In this document: one piece after another, positions 41,462 to 46,779 of the stretch
Layout of the letters: every line of letters starts with the position of its first letter
Position numbering within the stretch: the stretch's first letter is position 1
Assembly (NCBI GenBank): GCA_963618935.1
Contig: CAVEVC010000107.1
Span: forward strand, 1 to 46,779
Direction of reading: 5' to 3'
Length of the DNA stretch: 46,779 nucleotides
Source: Clostridiales bacterium CCNA10
Lineage (GTDB): Bacteria > Verrucomicrobiota > Kiritimatiellia > RFP12 > UBA1067
Position numbers and translations under genes: made by a program
The notes under the pieces: generated by a model
Seen by the model: only the letters and a program-made list of their open reading frames with translations
The model's database searches: none
What the model was told of the DNA's origin: nothing

Positions 41462-42715
41462 TCATTCGATCGGGCCCCACCGGTGGGTGAACGGCCAGAA
41501 GACCCCGCCGGCGATGCCGCGCAGGTTGCGCGCGGGGACGGGCCCCCAGTACCGGCTGTCGTAGCTCGACGGCGAGTTGTCGCCGCAGGCGTAGTATTCG
41601 TCCGCCCCCAGCTTCACCACGTCCTCCTCCGCCGCGAGCGTGCGCCCGGGCATCACGTAGTCGCCGCGCCCCGAGACCTGGTAGCCCGCGTAGGGGTATT
41701 CCTTCTCGTGCCACTTCTCGCGGTTCTGGATCTGCGCGATGCGGCGCGGCGCCGTCGGCGCGGCGCCGTCCACGTGGAGGCGTCCGCCCTTGATCTGCAG
41801 CGTCTCGCCCGGCGTGCCGGTCATGCGCTTGATGTAGTGCGTGCCCTGCTGGAGCTTGTCGATGCCCGTGGTGGAGAAGATCATCACGTCGCCGCGACGG
41901 GGGTGGCGGAAGTTCCAGAGCCAGCGGTTGACGAAGAGGAAGTCGCCCGTCACGACGTAGCCGCTCCAGAGGAGCTGCCCCGCGCGCACCGCCGCGCCCG
42001 GCCGGAGGCCGTTCGGCAGCTGGAACGCCGTCTGGCGGTAGGGGCCGTCCCCCGTCTCCGACGGGTGCAGCACGTCCGTCGGCACGAGCATCGGCGCGCT
42101 CACCGTCCCCGTCGCGCCGTTGACGACGCGCATGTCGTAGTGGCCCGTGTTCGTGGGGCGGAACTGCAGCGAGCCCGCGAACGGCGCCTTGAACGCGGCG
42201 TACATCTTGCCCGTGACGAGCCACTTGCCCCACTTGAGCGGCGTCGTGTCCCACGCCGTCGCCTGAGCCGGGCTGCACGGCTCGGAGTGGTTGCCGTAGA
42301 GCGTGGGCTGCATGGAGCCCGTGGGGATGTTGAACGGCTCGTAGAAGTAGGCGCGGAACGCCATCGCCACGGAGATCGAGACGACGAGGATGTCCAGCCA
42401 CTCGCGCCCGGCCGCCCAGCTCTTCGGCGGGTCGAGGAGGGCGAGCTGCGCCTTGCACCCCTCCACGTCCCGCGCCGCCCAGGCGTCGCGCAGGGCCCGC
42501 ATCCGCGCCCCGTCCGCGCCCCCCTCGCGGTAGGCCGGCAGGTCCTCGTAGGAGAGGACGAACGTGCGCGCCGCCGCCAGCACGGCCTTCGCCTCCTTCC
42601 GCCGCCGCGCCTTCGCCGTGAACGGCGCCACGCCCCAGCAGAGCGACCACAGGCACCAGGCGAGGAAGCCCGCGCCGCCCACCGTCGCGACGGAACAAAG
42701 GAAGTCGAACGACAT
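41462..42715 (-). CDS. lepB: Signal peptidase I
   Basis: IPTGSMQPTL carries the catalytic Ser. YIKRMTG carries the Lys box. GDNSPSSYDSRYWGPV is also present. Confidence 0.9.
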   Translation of the reverse strand: MSFDFLCSVATVGGAGFLAWCLWSLCWGVAPFTAKARRRKEAKAVLAAARTFVLSYEDLPAYREGGADGARMRALRDAWAARDVEGCKAQLALLDPPKSWAAGREWLDILVVSISVAMAFRAYFYEPFNIPTGSMQPTLYGNHSEPCSPAQATAWDTTPLKWGKWLVTGKMYAAFKAPFAGSLQFRPTNTGHYDMRVVNGATGTVSAPMLVPTDVLHPSETGDGPYRQTAFQLPNGLRPGAAVRAGQLLWSGYVVTGDFLFVNRWLWNFRHPRRGDVMIFSTTGIDKLQQGTHYIKRMTGTPGETLQIKGGRLHVDGAAPTAPRRIAQIQNREKWHEKEYPYAGYQVSGRGDYVMPGRTLAAEEDVVKLGADEYYACGDNSPSSYDSRYWGPVPARNLRGIAGGVFWPFTHRWGPIE

Positions 42716-42716
42716 C

Positions 42717-44534
42717 TCAGCCCTCCTTCACGGTTCCCTTGAGGACGGCGATGAACGCGCTCTGCGGCACGTTCACGTGGCCGAACTCCTTCATGCGCGC
42801 CTTGCCGCGCTTCTGCTTCTCCAGCACCTTCATCTTGCGCGTCACGTCGCCGCCGTAGAGCTTCGCGAGCACGTCCTTGCGGAACGGCCGGATGTCCTCG
42901 CGCGCGATGATCTCGCGCCCGATCGCCGCCTGCACGGGGATCTTGAACATGTGCGGCGGAATCGTCTCGGCGAGCGCCTTGCACATCTGGATGCCGCGCG
43001 CGCGCGCCTTGTCGCGGTGGACCATCGTCGCGAAGGCGTCCACCTGCTCGGAGTTGAGCAGGATGTCCATGCGCACGATGTCGCTCTCCTGGTAGCCCGC
43101 CGGCTCGTAGTCCATCGAGGCGTAGCCGTGCGACACCGACTTGAGCGTGTCGTGGAAGTCGATGAGGATCTCGTTGAGCGGCAGCATGCAGTGGAGCATC
43201 ACGCGGTGGCCGTCCACCGTCTCGGTCCCCTCCAGCACGCCGCGCCGGTCGAGGACGATGCGCATCACGTCGCCGATCGCGTCGCTCGGCGTGATGATGC
43301 GCGCCTTGATGACCGGCTCGGAGATGGCGTCGTAGGCGCTCGGCTCGGGCATCTGCAGCGGGTTGTCGAGGTCCTTCACCGTGCCGTCCTTCATCTTCAC
43401 CTTGTAGACGACGCCCGGCGTCGTCGAGATGATGTCGAGGCTGAACTCGCGCCGCAGGCGCTCCTGCACGATCTCCATGTGGAGGAGGCCGAGGAAGCCG
43501 CAGCGGAAGCCGAACCCGAGCGCGATCGAGCTTTCGTGGTGGAAGGAGAACGCGGCGTCGTTGAGGTGCAGCTTCTCGAGGCCCTGGCGCACCTTCTCGA
43601 ACTCGTCCGTGGACATCGGGTAGATGCCGCAGAACACCGTCGGGCGCAGCTCCTTGAAGCCCGGCAGCGGCTCGCCCGACCCCAGGCGCGCCGTCGTCAC
43701 GGTGTCGCCGATCTTGATCTCGCTCGGGTCCTTCACCGTCCCCACGAGGTAGCCCACCTGCCCGGCCTCCAGCCTGTCGGCGGGCTTCTTCGTGGGCGAG
43801 AAGATGCCCACCTCGTGGAGCGTCGTCGTGACGCCCGAGCCCATGAACTTCACCGTGTCGCCGCCCTTCACCGCGCCGTCCACGATGCGCACGTAGGTGA
43901 TCACGCCCCGGAACTCGTCGAAGACGGAGTCGAAGACGAGGGCCCGGAGGGGCGCGTCGACGCCGCGCGTCTTCGGCGGCGGGATGCGCTTCACGATGGC
44001 CTCCAGCACGTCGGGGCACCCCACGCCCGTCTTCGCGGAGACGAGCAGCGGCTCGTCCATCGGGATCGCGAGGATGTCCTCCACCTGCTGCGAGACGCCC
44101 GCCACGTCCGCGCCGGGCAGGTCGACCTTGTTGAGGACGGGCACGATCTCCAGGTGCGCGTCCTGCGCGAAGTAGGTGTTCGCGACGGTCTGCGCCTCCA
44201 CGCCCTGCGCGGCGTCCACGACGAGCAGCGCCCCCTCGCACGCGCCCATCGAGCGGCTCACCTCGTAGGCGAAGTCGACGTGCCCGGGCGTGTCGATGAG
44301 GTTGAAGAGGTAGCGCCTCCCGTCCTGCGCGTGGTACACCATCGAGACGGGGTGGCTCTTGATCGTGATCCCCCGCTCGCGCTCCAGGTCCATCGCGTCG
44401 AGCGTCTGCTCCTTCAGCTCGCGCAGCGGCACCGCCTTCGTGAGCTCGAGGATGCGGTCGCTGAGCGTCGTCTTTCCGTGGTCCACATGCGCGATGATGC
44501 AGAAGTTGCGGATGCTGTCGAGTGTCTTCTCCAT
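42717..44534 (-). CDS. lepA: Translation elongation factor 4
   Basis: IRNFCIIAHVDHGKTTLSDR, DTPGHVDF and NKVDL are present, with LepA-specific C-terminal conservation. Confidence 0.95.
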   Translation of the reverse strand: MEKTLDSIRNFCIIAHVDHGKTTLSDRILELTKAVPLRELKEQTLDAMDLERERGITIKSHPVSMVYHAQDGRRYLFNLIDTPGHVDFAYEVSRSMGACEGALLVVDAAQGVEAQTVANTYFAQDAHLEIVPVLNKVDLPGADVAGVSQQVEDILAIPMDEPLLVSAKTGVGCPDVLEAIVKRIPPPKTRGVDAPLRALVFDSVFDEFRGVITYVRIVDGAVKGGDTVKFMGSGVTTTLHEVGIFSPTKKPADRLEAGQVGYLVGTVKDPSEIKIGDTVTTARLGSGEPLPGFKELRPTVFCGIYPMSTDEFEKVRQGLEKLHLNDAAFSFHHESSIALGFGFRCGFLGLLHMEIVQERLRREFSLDIISTTPGVVYKVKMKDGTVKDLDNPLQMPEPSAYDAISEPVIKARIITPSDAIGDVMRIVLDRRGVLEGTETVDGHRVMLHCMLPLNEILIDFHDTLKSVSHGYASMDYEPAGYQESDIVRMDILLNSEQVDAFATMVHRDKARARGIQMCKALAETIPPHMFKIPVQAAIGREIIAREDIRPFRKDVLAKLYGGDVTRKMKVLEKQKRGKARMKEFGHVNVPQSAFIAVLKGTVKEG

Positions 44535-44546
44535 AGGCAGGGACGA

Positions 44547-44555
44547 AGTATACCA
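44547..44555 (-). promoter_or_regulatory. Extended -10 element TGgTATACT upstream of lepA (12-nt gap to ATG, no SD)
   Basis: The reverse complement reads TGGTATACT. It follows directly on the T-run of the upstream terminator. Confidence 0.4.
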
Positions 44556-44587
44556 AAAAAACGCCGCCAGACGACGCGTCCGGCGGC
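44555..44587 (-). terminator. Rho-independent terminator after the small basic protein gene
   Basis: The minus strand has an 11-bp stem (one mismatch), GCCGCCGGACG / CGTCTGGCGGC, followed by TTTTTTT. Confidence 0.75.
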
Positions 44588-44632
44588 ATATTCAGGCCGG
44601 CGCGCGCCCGCGCGCCGGAGCGGCCATCGGCC

Positions 44633-44788
44633 TTACGCCTCGGGCTTGGTCTTGCGAAGGCCCAGGCCGCGGTCGCCTTCCTTCCACTGCCCGCGGGCCT
44701 GGAGGAGGTTGACGCGCTCGAAACGCTTGAGGACGTTGCGCTTGGACGTGATCTTCCCGGATCCCTTGAGACTGCGATGCTGGCTCAT
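44633..44788 (-). CDS. Small basic protein (TIGR04137-like, PVC-type)
   Basis: The 51-aa sequence is MSQHRSLKGSGKITSKRNVLKRFERVNLLQARGQWKEGDRGLGLRKTKPEA. It has its own promoter and terminator. The family assignment is from memory. Confidence 0.65.
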   Translation of the reverse strand: MSQHRSLKGSGKITSKRNVLKRFERVNLLQARGQWKEGDRGLGLRKTKPEA

Positions 44789-44820
44789 TTCTTCTTCTCC
44801 TGTTTGAAAATTGAGGCAAC

Positions 44821-44829
44821 AGTATAGCA
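44821..44829 (-). promoter_or_regulatory. Extended -10 element TGcTATACT upstream of the small basic protein gene
   Basis: The reverse complement reads TGCTATACT. It is followed by a leader with a CAGGAGAAG SD. Confidence 0.5.
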
Positions 44830-44864
44830 CATCCCCCCGGAAAAGGGAATGGGCTTCGCCGGTT

Positions 44865-46544
44865 TTATTTTTTGAGCGACGCGCCCGTCGAGGCATTGCC
44901 CACGAACGTGGCGTAGCGTTCCAGCCAGCCGCCCTTGATGCGGGGCGTCCAGGGCCTGAGCGCCCTGCGGCGCTCCGCGATCTCGGCCTTCGCGAGCTTC
45001 GCGGAGATCGCGCGCTTCGGGATGTCGATCGTGATCTCGTCGCCGTCCTTCAGGAGGCCGATGAGACCGCCCTCGGCCGCCTCGGGCGAGACGTGCCCCA
45101 CGCACGCGCCGTGCGTCGCGCCGCTGAAGCGCCCGTCGGTGATGAGCGCCACGCTCTCGCCGAGACCCGCGCCGATGATGTAGCTCGTGGGCGCCAGCAT
45201 CTCCTGCATCCCCGGCCCGCCCTTCGGACCCTCGTAGCGGATCACCACGACGTGCCCCGGCTTCACCTTGCCGCCGAGGATGCCCGCGCAGGCCTCCTCC
45301 TGGCTGTCGAAGCAGATCGCCCGGCCCGTGAACGCCATCATCGAGGACGCCACGCCCCCCTTCTTCACGACGGCGCCGCGCTCGGCGAGGTTGCCCCACA
45401 GGACGGCGAGGCCGCCGTCCGCCGAGTAGGCGTTCGCCAGCGTGCGGATCACGTCGTCGTCCGCGATCTTCGCCGCCGCCACCTGCGCGCCGAGCGTCTT
45501 CCCCGAGACGGTCTTCGCCTTGAGGTCGAGGAGCTTCTTCGGCAGGCGCTTCAGGATCGCCATGACGCCGCCCGCGCGGTCGAGGTCGCTCACGTGATAC
45601 TGTCCCGACGGCGCAAGCCTGCAGATGTAGGGCGTGCGGGCCGAGATCTCGTTCATCCGCTCGAGCGAGTAGTCGACGCCCGCCTCGCGCGCGATCGCGA
45701 GCGTGTGGAGGACCGTGTTCGTGGAGCCGCCCATCGCCATGTCGAGCGTGAGCGCGTTGTCGAGGCTCGCCTGCGTGACGAGGTCGCGCGGACACGGCCC
45801 GCCCGCCTTCGCGAGCGCCACCGCGCGGAACGCGGCCTGGCGGTAGAGTTCCTTCCGGCGCGGATCGACCGCGAGGACCGTCCCGTTCCCCGGGAGCGCC
45901 ATGCCCAGCGCCTCGTAGAGGCAGTTCATCGAGTTCGCCGTGAACATCCCGCTGCACGAGCCGCAGCCCGGACAGCTCGTCTCCTCAACGGCCTCCAGCT
46001 CCTTCTGCGTGATCCGGCCCACGTTCTCGGCGCCCACGGCCTCGAAGACGGAGTTGAGGTCGGTGTCCGCCCCCGTCCTCGGATGCCGGCCGGGCGCCAT
46101 CGGCCCGCCCGAGGCGAAGACGGTGGGGATGTTCACGCGCAGCGCGCCGATGAGCATGCCGGGCACGATCTTGTCGCAGTTCGGCACGCAGATGAGCGCG
46201 TCGAAGCAGTGCGCGCGCGCGACGGTCTCCACGCTGTCCGCGATCAGCTCGCGGCTCGGCAGGGAGTATTTCATGCCCGCGTGCGCCATCGCGATGCCGT
46301 CGCAGACGGCGATCGTGTTGAACTCCATCGGCACGCCGCCCGCCTCGACCACGCACTGCCTGATCCATGCGCCCACCTTGTCCAGGTGGCAGTGCCCCGG
46401 CACGAAGCTCTCGTAGCTGTTGCAGATGCCGATGAACGGCTTCTTCATGTCCGCGCGCGTCAGCCCCGTCGCGAACAGCAACGACCGATGCGGCGCGCGC
46501 GCGTTGCCGGCCTTCACCTGGTCCGAAACCATCTTCCGCTTCAT
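44865..46544 (-). CDS. ilvD: Dihydroxy-acid dehydratase
   Basis: [46 protein letters not shown] and the C-terminal [10 protein letters not shown] are present. An alternative start at M5 (46532) is possible. Confidence 0.95.
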   Translation of the reverse strand: MKRKMVSDQVKAGNARAPHRSLLFATGLTRADMKKPFIGICNSYESFVPGHCHLDKVGAWIRQCVVEAGGVPMEFNTIAVCDGIAMAHAGMKYSLPSRELIADSVETVARAHCFDALICVPNCDKIVPGMLIGALRVNIPTVFASGGPMAPGRHPRTGADTDLNSVFEAVGAENVGRITQKELEAVEETSCPGCGSCSGMFTANSMNCLYEALGMALPGNGTVLAVDPRRKELYRQAAFRAVALAKAGGPCPRDLVTQASLDNALTLDMAMGGSTNTVLHTLAIAREAGVDYSLERMNEISARTPYICRLAPSGQYHVSDLDRAGGVMAILKRLPKKLLDLKAKTVSGKTLGAQVAAAKIADDDVIRTLANAYSADGGLAVLWGNLAERGAVVKKGGVASSMMAFTGRAICFDSQEEACAGILGGKVKPGHVVVIRYEGPKGGPGMQEMLAPTSYIIGAGLGESVALITDGRFSGATHGACVGHVSPEAAEGGLIGLLKDGDEITIDIPKRAISAKLAKAEIAERRRALRPWTPRIKGGWLERYATFVGNASTGASLKK

Positions 46545-46614
46545 CCTTCCGACTCCTTCCGCTTCATCTTGACTCCTTCAGATTCATCTTCCGACTCCTT
46601 CAGATTCATCTTCC
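46536..46614 (-). repeat. Tandem 20-22-bp repeats (about 3.5 copies), each carrying an SD-like AAGGAGTC plus ATG, at the ilvD 5' end
   Basis: The minus strand reads GGAAGATGAATCTGAAGGAGTC x2, then AAGATGAAGCGGAAGGAGTC, then GGAAGGATGAAGCGGAAG. A 22-codon uORF (46609..46541, [22 protein letters not shown]) ends in a TGA that overlaps the ilvD ATG. Confidence 0.9.
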
Positions 46615-46654
46615 AGAATCCTTCTCGTTTTTCTTTCCCGAAATCCGTCCGCAC

Positions 46655-46663
46655 AGTATAGCA
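46655..46663 (-). promoter_or_regulatory. Extended -10 element TGcTATACT upstream of the ilvD leader
   Basis: The reverse complement reads TGCTATACT. It matches the nine bases upstream of the small basic protein gene exactly. Confidence 0.5.
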
Positions 46664-46681
46664 CAATCGGGGGTTGGCGTG

Positions 46682-46723
46682 AGGTTGAAGGTTTTAGGTG
46701 TTAGGTTTCAGGTTGCAGGCTTT
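46682..46723 (+). repeat. Six contiguous 7-bp units AGGYNNN (AGGTTGA AGGTTTT AGGTGTT AGGTTTC AGGTTGC AGGCTTT) just upstream of the ilvD promoter
   Basis: The units are read directly from the sequence. A further AGGTTTA lies at 46741-46747. GGCTTTATG is duplicated at 46718-46726 and 46730-46738. Confidence 0.8.
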
Positions 46724-46749
46724 ATGTCCGGCTTTATGATAGGTTTACA

Positions 46750-46776
46750 CTTTCTTCTTGAAGCCCAAGAAGAAAG
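46750..46776. other. Perfect 11-bp-stem hairpin CTTTCTTCTTG-AAGCC-CAAGAAGAAAG at the window edge
   Basis: It is a perfect inverted repeat with a 5-nt loop. No flanking U-run is visible before the window ends, so the terminator assignment is open. Confidence 0.6.
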
Positions 46777-46779
46777 CGG

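Noticed and set aside
38476-41490. 1004-aa plus-strand ORF opposite the HGD kinase (also 38735-41410 minus, off-frame)
   Set aside because: It has no motifs and is R/L/G/E-rich. The kinase catalytic motifs occur only in the 38749-41388 frame.
46541-46609. Classical ilv leader-peptide attenuation
   Set aside because: The uORF peptide ([22 protein letters not shown]) has no Ile/Val/Leu run, and no alternative terminator/antiterminator pair is visible. It is reported only as a coupling or repeat oddity.
42564-46661. Long plus-strand ORFs (42564-44807, 44811-46661) opposite lepA and ilvD
   Set aside because: They are antisense to two of the most conserved genes in the window and have shadow composition.

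Overview
High-GC (about 70%) bacterial chromosome segment. Gene content suggests a PVC-group, glycan-degrading anaerobe: prepilin-type N-terminal proteins, a TIGR04137-like small basic protein, an ECF sigma/Ser-Thr kinase pair, TAT-exported FAD oxidoreductase and sugar isomerases, GH97 and FprA. This taxonomic call is inference only. From about 10.8 kb onward nearly every gene is on the minus strand, in tight operons: metG, GH97, fprA, thiF-thiS, cdsA, purA, priA, mlaFED, dhaK, an SSS transporter, lepB-lepA and ilvD. Accessory DNA falls into three parts. (1) The left 2.1 kb is the low-GC end of an integrated island, ending at a 25-nt tRNA 3' fragment. It carries DUF4160 with a non-canonical partner and three antitoxin-like DNA-binding genes. 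A complete DarT-DarG module and a truncated, frameshifted adhesin-like remnant follow it. (2) A lower-GC type II R-M cassette (XamI-like nuclease plus Eco57I-like m6A methylase) is wedged between purA and cdsA. (3) A low-GC pair of secreted-protein genes is bracketed by identical 27-nt direct repeats. The most unusual feature is non-coding. The VOC-dhaK intergenic gap (35262-35702) is an AT-rich, dyad-symmetric locus with 18 contiguous TTAAGTNG units facing 12 inverted copies interleaved with GC hairpins, around a core holding a GGGAGGG...CCCTCCC two-hairpin element. Other signals are a recurrent TGnTAnnnT extended -10 promoter, an A10 tract in a surface-protein promoter spacer, and tandem SD+ATG repeats forming a uORF fused to the ilvD start. 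Many long ORFs in the track are antisense or off-frame high-GC shadows and were rejected.
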